Part shown: piece after piece, positions 27,833 to 37,511 of the stretch
Layout: every line of letters begins with the position of its first letter
Position numbering within the stretch: position 1 is the stretch's first letter
Origin: an uncultured Acidimicrobiaceae bacterium
GTDB taxonomy: Bacteria; Actinomycetota; Acidimicrobiia; Acidimicrobiales; RAAP-2
NCBI GenBank assembly: GCA_963828505.1
Contig: CAWHFM010000009.1
Span: 180,872 to 244,871 of the forward strand
Reading direction: 5' to 3'
DNA: 64,000 nt
The notes under the pieces: model-generated
Seen by the model: the letters and a program-made list of their open reading frames with translations, nothing else
Told to the model about the DNA's origin: nothing
The model's database searches: none
Position numbers and translations under genes: made by a program

Positions 27833-28999
27833 TCAGTTGACTTCGGCCAGGGTTTCTGAGGACCCGCCCAGGTTGAAGGACCCCACGGCCCAACACTTGC
27901 CACCCTGGGCGCAGGCGACCGCGTAGAAATCGCTGAACTCGGAGCCGTTCGGGGTAGCCGTCTGCACGATCTTCCAGCTGGTGCCGTTCCACCGCTCCGC
28001 CAGCGTGGAGCTACCGGCCTCGAAGCCGACCGCCCAGCACTTCTTGAGCGACACGCAGACCACGCTGTCTCCTCCGAGACCGCTGGCACCGTACGCGAAG
28101 CCCGAGGTTCCGGCCGCGGTGGCGGGTGTAGCTGCTATCGACCACCGTCGCCCGTTCCATTGCTCGGCGAGCGTCGCGGAAGCGCCCTGGCCGGTCGCCC
28201 AGCAGTCGGACGTCGAGACACATGAGACCCCGTTGAGGACATTGTCGGTTGACGCGGTGTTGTGTGTCTTCACGATCGACCAGCTCGTGCCGTTCCAGTG
28301 TTCGGCGAGGGTCTGTCCGAAGTTCGCCGTGTCGCCGACCGCCCAGCAGTCGTTGCTGTTGATGCAGGTCGTCGCGTTCAAGAAGTTGTACTGATCGTCG
28401 GGGAGCGACGGTGTCGGTACGACCGTCCAGTCCGTGCCGTTCCAATGTTCGGCCAAGGTCTGAGTGGCCGGAGGATCCTGACTCGTGAAGTAGGAGCCGA
28501 CCGTCCAGCAGTCGGCGCTGCTCGTGCAGGTCACACCGAACAGACTGGCGCTGCTGCCCGGAGCCGACGGCGTGGCGACGGTGGTCCAACTCTGCCCGTT
28601 CCATTGCTCGGCCAGCGCGACGGTGTCCCCCCCGGATGAAGATGTGCGACCGACAGCCCAGCAGTCCGAGGCGTCGATGCAATCGACTGCCTCGAGCGCG
28701 GTGGTGGAAGTCGGCGCGGCAGCGGCTGCCAGCGTCCAAGTGGTGCCGTCCCAGTGCTCAATGAGAGCGGCCGTCGGGTATGCGGTACCAACCGCCCAGC
28801 AGTCGGAGCTGCTGACACAGCTGACCGCGTTGAGGCCGTCGGATGCGGTGCTGTTCGGGGTAGCGGTGATCGAAAAATGAGAAGCAGCAGATCCAACGGA
28901 AAGGCCGGCAGCCGACCCCCCCAGGAACAGAGCGGTGAGCCCCCAAGCGCCGACCAAGGCGAAGAGGGTGGGACGTCCGGGCCACCGATAGAACCGCAT
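27833..28999 (-). CDS. secreted 7-repeat Cys-pair WNGxxW repeat protein (predicted 7-bladed propeller), paralog of 22215..24467
   Basis: AAGGGGAGGGG SD. Signal peptide. 7 repeats of form LAEHWNGTxW...VSCxSxxDCWAVG. Confidence 0.8.
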   Translation of the reverse strand: MRFYRWPGRPTLFALVGAWGLTALFLGGSAAGLSVGSAASHFSITATPNSTASDGLNAVSCVSSSDCWAVGTAYPTAALIEHWDGTTWTLAAAAAPTSTTALEAVDCIDASDCWAVGRTSSSGGDTVALAEQWNGQSWTTVATPSAPGSSASLFGVTCTSSADCWTVGSYFTSQDPPATQTLAEHWNGTDWTVVPTPSLPDDQYNFLNATTCINSNDCWAVGDTANFGQTLAEHWNGTSWSIVKTHNTASTDNVLNGVSCVSTSDCWATGQGASATLAEQWNGRRWSIAATPATAAGTSGFAYGASGLGGDSVVCVSLKKCWAVGFEAGSSTLAERWNGTSWKIVQTATPNGSEFSDFYAVACAQGGKCWAVGSFNLGGSSETLAEVN

Positions 29000-29386
29000 C
29001 GCAATGGGACCCCTCCCCTTGGAACAGGCGAACGTGGAGGACGCTCGCCTGCGTCATGATAATCGGTCGACCAGCTCGGTAGGAGGCCGGTCCGATCCGG
29101 TCGCTCTTCGAAGTGGTCGAGCGTGTTGCGTGCCTCGTGATCCGCCGACGCCGTTCCCATGATCCTTGATTGACGCGCTGAGCGGAGCCATGACGGCTGC
29201 CGGCTGCACGCCTTCACTCAAGGGATCCGCAGTTATCGCCTGCTACAGAATCCTCCGGATGCCGCCTTGAAGACGCTCGGTCTTTGACGCTCTCTGATCG
29301 AGCCAGCATCCGGTCCGTCGGTCACTTCGTCGTGAGAGGTGGCGGTCAGTGCTGCGGTGACATCGACCGCGCCCTCATCGGTCACG

Positions 29387-29716
29387 TCACGAGAGAGCCT
29401 CCGTACCGGCCTGGCCGCCTTCGGAAGGAGGGTCCGCTCGGTACTCGGTGAAATGGCCAGAACCGCACTGAGGGCAATGGCCGAGAGCCTCCCTGACCTC
29501 GGTGTCTTCTTCCGCCGCGCTGGAAACCTGCTCTCCGATCGTGTGAGCCGCTGACTGAAGGTGGGGAGTGAGCTCAATACCCTCGCCGAGACGCCCGTAC
29601 CATGCTCCACTCCGAGGCATCGCCCACGAGTATCCGCACTCGGAGCATCGACGCATTCGGGACCCACGATGTCGACGCCACCAGCCTGTCCGATTCACAG
29701 ATACGAGCGTATCCAT
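29387..29716 (-). CDS. small zinc-ribbon protein
   Basis: CSECG ... CPQCG pairs. Start uncertain (ATG 29656 gives MRRCSECG). Confidence 0.4.
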   Translation of the reverse strand: MDTLVSVNRTGWWRRHRGSRMRRCSECGYSWAMPRSGAWYGRLGEGIELTPHLQSAAHTIGEQVSSAAEEDTEVREALGHCPQCGSGHFTEYRADPPSEGGQAGTEALS

Positions 29717-29790
29717 GCGCTTGGACGTGGATCACGAGCTGGCTGGCCAGACATCGTAAAGGTCGAAGCTTTTCGGCAGACGATGTGCCT

Positions 29791-30585
29791 ATGGGGCAAA
29801 CTGAACTTGTGGGTGATGCTGCAATCTTTCGACTCGAAGGCCACGTGGCCACGATCACCTACAACCGTCCCGAGGCTCTCAACGCCATCAATGCCGAGAT
29901 GAGACGCGACCTCAATGACGCCTTCTCCCGTTTCCGAGACGACGAAGAGGCGTGGGTCGCGATCGTCACCGGTTCGGGACGAGCCTTTTGTGCCGGAGCA
30001 GACCTCCGCCATGGAGCAGGGTCGACCGGGGAGTTCGAAGGCACCTTCTGGGAGAAGCCAACGCTCAATTCGTTCGAAAGCGGATGGGAGATCTTCAAGC
30101 CCGTCATCGCCGCCGTGAACGGGTACTGCTTGGGTTACGGGCTCACGCTCGCCACCTGGTGCGACTTCGTCCTGGCGAGCGACCGGGCCGAGTTCGGTTT
30201 ACCCGAAGTACGTCTTGGCATCCCGGCCATCGTGGCATCGATACGTCTGCCGCAGCGCCTCAACTGGGCCGACGCCATGGAGCTGTTGCTCACCGGGGAG
30301 CGCATCACGGCTGAGCGAGCCCACGCGATGGGTCTGGTCTGGCGGGTCGTGCCTCACGAGACTCTGCTCGACGAGGCGCATGCGCTGGCGACGCGCCTTC
30401 TCAGCGGAGCTCCGCTGGCTCAGCGAGCGATGAAGGAGATGGCGATGAGGACTCGGCACATGGCGTCGCTCGAAGCCATCCGCTTCGGTGAGACCATGCG
30501 GCACGTTGCCAGCTCGACCCAGGACGCAGCCGAGGGATTGCTCGCCGCCGCCGAGCAGCGACCGCCCAACTGGTCGGGCCAGTGA
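29791..30585 (+). CDS. enoyl-CoA hydratase/isomerase (crotonase) family protein
   Basis: TITYNRPEALNA, GSGRAFCAGADL, AAVNGYCLGYGL and GLPEVRLG motifs. Confidence 0.85.
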   Translation: MGQTELVGDAAIFRLEGHVATITYNRPEALNAINAEMRRDLNDAFSRFRDDEEAWVAIVTGSGRAFCAGADLRHGAGSTGEFEGTFWEKPTLNSFESGWEIFKPVIAAVNGYCLGYGLTLATWCDFVLASDRAEFGLPEVRLGIPAIVASIRLPQRLNWADAMELLLTGERITAERAHAMGLVWRVVPHETLLDEAHALATRLLSGAPLAQRAMKEMAMRTRHMASLEAIRFGETMRHVASSTQDAAEGLLAAAEQRPPNWSGQ

Positions 30586-30643
30586 AATACCCGGTCGGTG
30601 GCAAGGTCTCTCGTGCTCGTCGAAGGCTCTGTAGCGTGACGGT

Positions 30644-31702
30644 GTGCCCGACGCCCTCGACGAGCTGGCCGGACTGTGGCAGTGGTTCGCCGACGGCATC
30701 ATGTCCGGCTACTGCCCGCTCTACGACGAGATCGCCCGCTCGGTGGCTTCGGACCGGGAGCTGCTGGCGCTGCAACACTCGGCACGCCCCCACGCCCACC
30801 TCCCGCCGATGCTGCTCGCCGGCGCCCACTACCTCCTGTTGGACGGCTTAGAGCCTGCGTTAGCCGACATCTATGCCGGGCGTTCGTCGGCGCCTGCCGC
30901 GCCCCTCTTTCGCCACCTCTGCCTCGAGCACTCGACGGCCCTCCTCGAAGTGCTCAACAGCCGCACGGTGCAGACCAACGAGGTCGGCCGTAGCGCCCTC
31001 CTCGGCTCAGCTCTCACGTGGGCGGCCGGCGGCGAGCCGGTCCAGCTGGTCGACGTCGGATGCAGTGCCGGGCTCAACCTGCTGTGCGACCGGTACCGGC
31101 TCGACTACGGGGGACACGGGGTGAGCGGGCCAGACGACTCTCCGGTCCGGATCGATTGCCAGGTGGTCGCAGGCTCCCCTCCGGTCCCCCCGCGCCTGCC
31201 CGTGATCTCAGGCCGGGTGGGCATCGATCTCGACCCGCCTGATCTCACCGACCCCGACGACACCCGATGGCTTCTGGCCTGCATCTGGCCCGGGACCGGA
31301 CGCTTCCAGCGAGCGGCCCAAGCCATTGAGCTGGGCCGAGCCGACCCACCGCCGGTGCTGAAGGGCGACGCGGTGGAGAAACTGCCCGAATTGCTTGCCG
31401 GCTTGGGAGAGGGTCGAGTCGTGGTGGTCAACTCGTGGTCGTTCGCCTACTTTTCGGTCGAACAGCGCCAGACCTACGTGGACTTGCTGGCCGAGGTCGG
31501 TCGCAGCCGCCCGGTGGTGTGGGTGAACATGGACGCTCCAGGAGTGGTTGAGCTGCTGGCCGGAGCGGCCCCGCCGGTGGGCAGCCTGGAAAGCGACGTG
31601 CTGACCGGCGTCAGCTTCGAGGGCGAGGCACCGCCTCGCGCCGAGGTGCTCGCGTTCGTCCAGAGCCACGGCATGTCGATGTCCTGGCAGGCCTCACGAT
31701 AG
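30644..31702 (+). CDS. DUF2332 family protein
   Basis: N-terminal helical region plus a methyltransferase-like LVDVGCSAGLNL motif, as in DUF2332. Confidence 0.65.
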   Translation: MPDALDELAGLWQWFADGIMSGYCPLYDEIARSVASDRELLALQHSARPHAHLPPMLLAGAHYLLLDGLEPALADIYAGRSSAPAAPLFRHLCLEHSTALLEVLNSRTVQTNEVGRSALLGSALTWAAGGEPVQLVDVGCSAGLNLLCDRYRLDYGGHGVSGPDDSPVRIDCQVVAGSPPVPPRLPVISGRVGIDLDPPDLTDPDDTRWLLACIWPGTGRFQRAAQAIELGRADPPPVLKGDAVEKLPELLAGLGEGRVVVVNSWSFAYFSVEQRQTYVDLLAEVGRSRPVVWVNMDAPGVVELLAGAAPPVGSLESDVLTGVSFEGEAPPRAEVLAFVQSHGMSMSWQASR

Positions 31703-31854
31703 GAGGAGCCGCTGGTTCTGTCAGCCACCCGGCCTGCGTGATCGATCCTTCGAGAGCGGGCGACACCGAACCAGTATTGAGCCATGTTTTTGGGGACGCC
31801 GGTCCTTCGGTGATCAGAAATTGATGGTTCCACGAACGGCCCGAGGATCGCCGG

Positions 31855-32085
31855 TTATCTCTTTCCGAGCGGTGCGACGGCCACCGCGGCGAGCTTGAGG
31901 TTGCCGCTGCCGAGAGGTCTGCCGACGGTCGTCAAGCAGAACAGAAGTACGGCGAAGAGGTGCGCGATCGCCATCCAAAGTGCGGCCAGCAAACCGGCTT
32001 CGGCGGTGTCCGCGTTTCCGGAGCCGACCTCCTGGCGGCGATGGACGATCGCGTGGCGATCAGGATTCCGGTTCTCGACGGCCAC
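31855..32085 (-). CDS. YccF/DUF307 domain fragment (single repeat), possibly a remnant
   Basis: LAALWMAIAHLFAVLLFCLTTVGRPLGSGNLKLAAVAVAPLGK matches one YccF repeat. The upstream half of a normal YccF is absent. Confidence 0.35.
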   Translation of the reverse strand: MAVENRNPDRHAIVHRRQEVGSGNADTAEAGLLAALWMAIAHLFAVLLFCLTTVGRPLGSGNLKLAAVAVAPLGKR

Positions 32086-32091
32086 GCCGGC

Positions 32092-33036
32092 TTACGCCGG
32101 CTCGCGGTCGAGCAACTTTGCGACCAGAGCGTCGCGAATGACTTCGTGGTGCGGCCGGAACTCGCCCTGAATCCACTCGAGGTGGAGAAGCTCGATGATC
32201 AAGGCGGAGAGCCAGAAGACCGTTGGATCCGTATGGATCCGACCTTCCACGACCGATCTGGCGTCCGGGAGGTCGATCAGAACGAACCAGAGGAAGGCCA
32301 GGTCGTAGCCGTCCGGGTAGAGCCCCGCCCACTCCCAGTCGAGGAGGAAGAGTCCGTCGCTGGCCGCCACGATGTTGCTCGGATTGATGTCAGCGTGAGC
32401 GAAGACCCATCGGATCTCGAGGCGCGAGCTGACCTGTTGTAAAGCCTGGTACTCGCTCTTGCTGATCAACCCGATCTGACTTGCCCGGCGCAGCCGGCTC
32501 CGAATCGGAAACTTGCGGAGCCAACGGGGCCGGGGGCGGTAGGAGCGGAGAGAGGTGGCGAGGGAGATGAGCCCTTCGAGGTCCTGGCCGGTCAGGTCGA
32601 GCGGGAACTTGGGGCCCAGGCGCTGGCCGACGATGGCCTCGAACTCGAGGGTGAGAGATTTTCTGTCATGGCCGACCAGTCGAGGCGTCGGTACCGGCGG
32701 GCGATGACGGGTGAGGAGCTGGTTGACACGCAGCTCGTAGGCGAAATGGCGCGTCCAGGGTTCGGAGCCCGAGTGGTGATGGTCGAGGATCGTGGCTCGG
32801 GGACCGAGCTCGCCGGCTTCGGCCGAAGGTTCGTGGCGTTTCGTTACCCGGGTGCCGTCGCTGGACCACTGAATAGTCGAAAGGTTGGTTCTGACCGTGT
32901 GTGGTGAGCTGACCACTGCGGCATCGGTCCTCTCGCCTTCGAGGATCAGGTTCGCGACAGGCTGAGCCAGGGTGCTGCCGTTGGGCGGCACAACCGGTGT
33001 CGGGAGGCTCGCAGCGCTCCGATTCTGAGCGAACAT
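32092..33036 (-). CDS. aminoglycoside/choline-kinase-type phosphotransferase (APH) family protein
   Basis: Catalytic-loop FAHADINPSNIV and LLDWEWAG motifs. Confidence 0.7.
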   Translation of the reverse strand: MFAQNRSAASLPTPVVPPNGSTLAQPVANLILEGERTDAAVVSSPHTVRTNLSTIQWSSDGTRVTKRHEPSAEAGELGPRATILDHHHSGSEPWTRHFAYELRVNQLLTRHRPPVPTPRLVGHDRKSLTLEFEAIVGQRLGPKFPLDLTGQDLEGLISLATSLRSYRPRPRWLRKFPIRSRLRRASQIGLISKSEYQALQQVSSRLEIRWVFAHADINPSNIVAASDGLFLLDWEWAGLYPDGYDLAFLWFVLIDLPDARSVVEGRIHTDPTVFWLSALIIELLHLEWIQGEFRPHHEVIRDALVAKLLDREPA

Positions 33037-33046
33037 GAGTAGGAAT

Positions 33047-33082
33047 GTGAGAGGGACGGGGCCGAGGCCCCGTCCCTCTCAC
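33047..33082 (-). terminator. perfect 16-bp stem / 4-nt loop hairpin downstream of the broken secreted gene
   Basis: GTGAGAGGGACGGGGC-CGAG-GCCCCGTCCCTCTCAC read directly. No U-tract. Confidence 0.5.
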
Positions 33083-33122
33083 GCCCGATCGCTCGGGCCT
33101 GTTGCCAATCGCAGCTTTGGAG

Positions 33123-33851
33123 CTAGGCGAAGTAGATCGAGCTCGCGAGCCCGTCCTCTGTGGAGCTGGTGATGACCATCGACGTGTTCCCCCCGAGCTC
33201 AGCAGCGATGTCGTTCAGGAAGCTGCCGGAGGTGCCGGACCCTGAGTCGGTGTTGAGGCAGGCAGTGATCACAGTCGACTTGCCGGAGCTCGAAGCCGGT
33301 GCCGAGAGCTTGCCGGTGAGCTCGAAGCCCACTTCGGTGCTCGGGCAGTTCCCCACCCCGGACCCGGATCCAGCGGCGTTCGACGCTGATGTTCTTGGTC
33401 GTGTACGTCACTCCCTTGATCACCCACGACACCGTCTTTACTTCCTTGTACAAGATGGTTGGCCCCGGTCGCCAGCTGGCTGGCCGAGTCGTAGACGTAT
33501 TCGCCCGTCGGGCACGGGTTCGGCGGGTTCGAGTCGTTCTGGCAGAGCGTGGTGCTCTTGGCCTTGATCTTTGACGCGTTCAAGGTGCCGCTTTCCGACT
33601 TTCCTTTGCTGGTGAGGCACGAGAGCGGCCCTGAAGACGTCGTTGTCGTCGAGCTTGGCACTCACCGAAGCGGTGCCGAGGTCCGAGAGCCCCGGTGACG
33701 CGAAGGTGACTACTTGCCCTGCGGTGGTTGTTCCAGTGCAGGTCGTGGTTCCCCCTGCCCAGGCGGTTCCGGTCGTCGCGATCTGTGCGACACCGAACGA
33801 TAGGACAGGCACGGAGCACAAGACCACCCCTGCCATGAGTTTGCGGAACAC
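33123..33851 (-). pseudogene. secreted Thr/Ser/Gly-rich protein, coding signal spread over three frames
   Basis: The signal peptide MFRKLMAGVVLCSVPVLSFGVAQIATTGTAWA is in frame a. Protein-like continuation then appears in ORFs 33269..33661, 33199..33453 and 33123..33356. Confidence 0.5.
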
Positions 33852-34225
33852 TTATTTCCCTCCCTGATTGAAGCCCACGGGCGGTCTGCTTCTCTCCGGT
33901 TCGGATCGAAGACTTCTCCCCCGAGTGCGCCGACTTTCGGCGCGGCACAGCTTGGCACAATCGTCCGAGGGATGCTTCAAGTATGCACAGAGGTTGCACC
34001 CTGAACACTGCTGCGAGGGGGAGAACGCTCCGAGCGTCTCGCCAGGAGGCAAGAAAGCGTGGCCTCGCCAGCTCGCCCCAACGGCGGTCGCAGGTCGTGG
34101 GCGGTAAATCAACCTCTCGGTGATCATCGCCGCGTTCCTTCGGGACAGCGGCCCGGGACACCCGTCGTCGTTCGGACGCGTCGAGTAATACCAACGCAAA
34201 GGCAATACCAAAGCAAAGCAAGACG

Positions 34226-34249
34226 CCGTTCGCGTGACCGTTCGCGTGA
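34226..34249 (+). promoter_or_regulatory. 12-bp direct repeat x2 (ccgttcgcgtga) about 105 nt upstream of the RCC1-like gene
   Basis: Read directly. Lies in a 500-nt divergent intergenic region. Confidence 0.25.
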
Positions 34250-34353
34250 CCAGGTAGCACGTGTCTCACGTCGGAGTGCGCGCCCCCTGACACCCGCGCG
34301 CCCCGCTCGATCTTGACGACCCTGCTAAAACGGACGTCCGAAGGGGGTCTGGG

Positions 34354-35469
34354 ATGAGAATGGTGGCTGCGCTGCTTCTGAGCTCGATGGTCGCGTCTAC
34401 GGCCGGAGTATTGGCTGCATCAGTGCAAGCATCGGCGGCGCAGCCGGGGGTGGCGTACACATGGGGACAGGGAATCGGCGACAGCCCAGCTCCGGTCGAA
34501 GGGCTCCCATCAGACGTGGTCGACATCCAGGCGGCCAACTGGGGTGGCCTGGCGGTCGACTCCGACGGGAATGTGTGGCAGTGGGAGTCGGCGTCGCCTC
34601 CGGTGGCCTCCCAGGTGGTGGGCCCCCAGAACGTGGTGTCCATTGGCGAAGGCAATGGCGCACCGAATCAATGGGGAGCCGCGGCCACCTCGGGCGGAGT
34701 CCTTTGGACCTGGGGCAACGATGGCAAGGGGCAGCTTTGCAACGGGAGCCACAAGAACACCGACCACGCGCCCGCGTCCGTTTCGGGGCTCTCCGGGGTG
34801 ACCGAAGTGTCCGGGGGACAAGAGCACCTCACGATCCTCGCCGACGGGAAGGTGTGGAGCTGCGGTACCAATGACGACGGTCAGCTCGGAACCGGCAACA
34901 CAAAGAATGCCGACGCTCCCGTCCAGATCGCCGGACTCTCGAATATCACCGCAGTGAGCGCGGGCAATCTCTTCTCCATGGCGCTGACTTCGACCGGTGA
35001 GGTCTGGACGTGGGGAATCAACAATCTGGGTCAGCTCGGGAACGGAAGCACCGTGCCGTACTCTGACGTACCCGTCGAAGCACAGCTTCCCTCGCGGGCA
35101 ACCGAGGTCTTCGCGGGCGGTGGAACCCACAACGATGGTCAGGCGCTCGCCCTGCTCGCGAACGGCGAGGTGTGGGCCTGGGGATCTGACACCTACGGCC
35201 AGCTCGGAAACGGCGAGACTTCGAAGCAGGACTTCTCAACACCCGTCCAGTCCACCGCTCTGGAGGGCAAGACATGGACCGCTGTAGCCACGGGTGGCAC
35301 CTCGAGTTACGCCATCGACTCGAACGGCAATCTATGGGCATGGGGGAACGGCAAGTCAGGGGCTCTCGGGAACGGAACCTCCTCGGGCGACGCGATCACT
35401 CCCGTGATGGTGACCACCGGCGTTGCGCAGGTGAGTTCTGTGGCGAATACGGCCGTCGCCAGGGGGTGA
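34354..35469 (+). CDS. secreted RCC1-repeat (alpha-tubulin suppressor-like) beta-propeller protein
   Basis: GAAGGGGG SD. Signal peptide. Repeated WxWGxNxxGQLGxG motifs, about 7 copies. Confidence 0.85.
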   Translation: MRMVAALLLSSMVASTAGVLAASVQASAAQPGVAYTWGQGIGDSPAPVEGLPSDVVDIQAANWGGLAVDSDGNVWQWESASPPVASQVVGPQNVVSIGEGNGAPNQWGAAATSGGVLWTWGNDGKGQLCNGSHKNTDHAPASVSGLSGVTEVSGGQEHLTILADGKVWSCGTNDDGQLGTGNTKNADAPVQIAGLSNITAVSAGNLFSMALTSTGEVWTWGINNLGQLGNGSTVPYSDVPVEAQLPSRATEVFAGGGTHNDGQALALLANGEVWAWGSDTYGQLGNGETSKQDFSTPVQSTALEGKTWTAVATGGTSSYAIDSNGNLWAWGNGKSGALGNGTSSGDAITPVMVTTGVAQVSSVANTAVARG

Positions 35470-35906
35470 TGGGGCGGGTAAGTCGAGAGAGGCGTACCCC
35501 GACGGCGCTCAGACCTTGTCGGGGCTGGTGCGCTGGCTACAGATGCCGAACGGGCGCTACCACCGCCGCCAGAAGGCAGCATTCCGGCCGGTTTGCCGGA
35601 GTGCGACGCCGTGATCCCTTGCGACACACAGCCCAATTTTCTATGAATCGATCTGAGGCTGGCGGCACAGGCGGACAGGAACCCCTGTTCCTAACATAGA
35701 GCGATGGGACCGGTTGGTCGGTCGACCGCTGATGGGCGTCGCGGTCCCGGACCTCACCACCACATAGAGCCTCAAGCCGAAATGAGATGCTGAAACAGGT
35801 TCACACAATCCCTCAAGCGACTGGATCTCAATCGGACCTGACGCTCCCACCGATCGCTGGCGGTGCTCGTCGTCGCAACGTAGCGCTTCGCCGCTCTCGG
35901 TTCCGG

Positions 35907-37511
35907 ATGGTCCATTACTTTGCCGTGGCCCTGCCGTACTTCGTTGTCACTCTCGTCGAGCTGGGCAAAGGTTGGGAGCCGACCCAGGACGACGCGAACA
36001 TAGCCTTCCGGTCGTGGCTCGTGCTTTCGAAGTACCCTCCGCTGCTCGGACAGTATTCGCAGGTTTCCCAAGGCCACAAGAATGTCTATGACTTGGGACC
36101 GCTTCTCTACTGGTTTCTGACCATCCCGGTTCATATAGATCCGCGCCATGGGATGCTTTGGGGGGGCGCTCTCGTCGCCGTCACCGGACTGGTTCTCGCC
36201 GTCAAGGCTGCTTGGTCTTTCGGCGGAGAGCGTACTGGAAGCGTTGTTACGGTCCTTATTCTCGCCTATTTGGCGGTCTATCCACCCGCCGTGCTCGACC
36301 CTGCTTGGAATGTCAACATCGGGATCACATTCTTGATCGTTACCGGCGTGACTGGTTGGGCCGTTTCGAATGGAAAACTTCGCTGGTTGCCGTTTCTGGT
36401 CCTTGCCGCCTCTTTTGACTGCCAATGCCACTTGATCTTCGTTCTACCCGCGCTGGCGATCGTCATCGTGTCTCTGGGCTTTGGGCTCGCGACCTGGTTT
36501 GTCCAAAAAGCCGGTAAATGGTCAGAGGTCTATATGGCCGCGGGCGTCTCCATAGCAGTGGGGATCGCTGTCTGGGTTGCGCCAATTCTCCAACAAATCC
36601 GAAACGATCCTGGCAACATGACACTGCTCCTTCGGTCGACCAGCGGGGGGGCCGCTGCGAAAGCCGGATTTACCCTGGGTGCTCAAACGGTTGGCAGTTC
36701 GATTCTTCCATACGAGTCGTGGATAGTTCACCCCCATCCTCCGGATTTCTGGTCCGTGTTTGCGGTTTCGGAGGCGCATGGAACAGTCCCCTCGCTCATG
36801 GCGCTAGCCGGCCTGTCCATCGTCATCATCGTCGCCCTAGGTCGACGGAACGTGACTGTTGCGACGGGGGCGTCGCTGACCCTCTGCTCCGGACTCGCCT
36901 TTGTGTGGACTTTCGCCTCCATACCCCATCGGTCACTTTTCAGCCTTCTGTACGTCTATCAAGCTGTGTGGCCGATCGGAATAGCTGCGACCGCCTGTTA
37001 TCTGTGGTTGGCGGTGGTTCTCCTGCGGAAGGGAGCTTCTCTACTAGGCACTGAGTTGTCGTTTCGGGCGTGGGCGTTTCGCAAAGCTGTGACGCGAGGG
37101 TCAATTCTCTTGGCCTGTCTTGCTGTTGCTGTTTCAAGCCTATGGGCTGTATGGCATACCTCACCGATTCTTGGCGGATGGTCTACGGTGGGTAACATTC
37201 AGCGAGTCGCCAAGTTTGTTGAGTCGGATCTTCCAAAGGGTGCTCTGCTCATCACGACAAAAGGAAATGGGACCATAGAGGAATATGGTCTGATCTACGG
37301 TTTGGCATGGCGATTGTACAGTGATGGCTGGGCTCCATCCTTGGAACCCGGCCAAGGCGTTTACGTGGGTGCGATTGAAGTGGTCGATAATGCGCATGCG
37401 CCGCCAGCTACCGTTTTCGTTACGTATCGGGGCGACGTGGTCGACATAGAGATCGATAGATCGCCGGGGCACATCCTGAAGTTGGCGATTGCGCGGGGAT
37501 CAGGCCGGTAG
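35907..37511 (+). CDS. polytopic membrane protein, GT-C-like glycosyltransferase candidate
   Basis: More than 10 TM helices. Acidic DD motif in the first loop (EPTQDDANIAFRSW). C-terminal soluble domain. Lower GC than surroundings. Start is ATG 35907 or upstream at 35787. Confidence 0.55.
   Translation: MVHYFAVALPYFVVTLVELGKGWEPTQDDANIAFRSWLVLSKYPPLLGQYSQVSQGHKNVYDLGPLLYWFLTIPVHIDPRHGMLWGGALVAVTGLVLAVKAAWSFGGERTGSVVTVLILAYLAVYPPAVLDPAWNVNIGITFLIVTGVTGWAVSNGKLRWLPFLVLAASFDCQCHLIFVLPALAIVIVSLGFGLATWFVQKAGKWSEVYMAAGVSIAVGIAVWVAPILQQIRNDPGNMTLLLRSTSGGAAAKAGFTLGAQTVGSSILPYESWIVHPHPPDFWSVFAVSEAHGTVPSLMALAGLSIVIIVALGRRNVTVATGASLTLCSGLAFVWTFASIPHRSLFSLLYVYQAVWPIGIAATACYLWLAVVLLRKGASLLGTELSFRAWAFRKAVTRGSILLACLAVAVSSLWAVWHTSPILGGWSTVGNIQRVAKFVESDLPKGALLITTKGNGTIEEYGLIYGLAWRLYSDGWAPSLEPGQGVYVGAIEVVDNAHAPPATVFVTYRGDVVDIEIDRSPGHILKLAIARGSGR

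Noticed and set aside
28531-29217. 228-aa minus-strand ORF overlapping the start of the 7-repeat propeller gene
   Set aside because: It is an alternative frame of a gene with a clear SD, signal peptide and repeats. Pro/Arg/Ser-rich translation.
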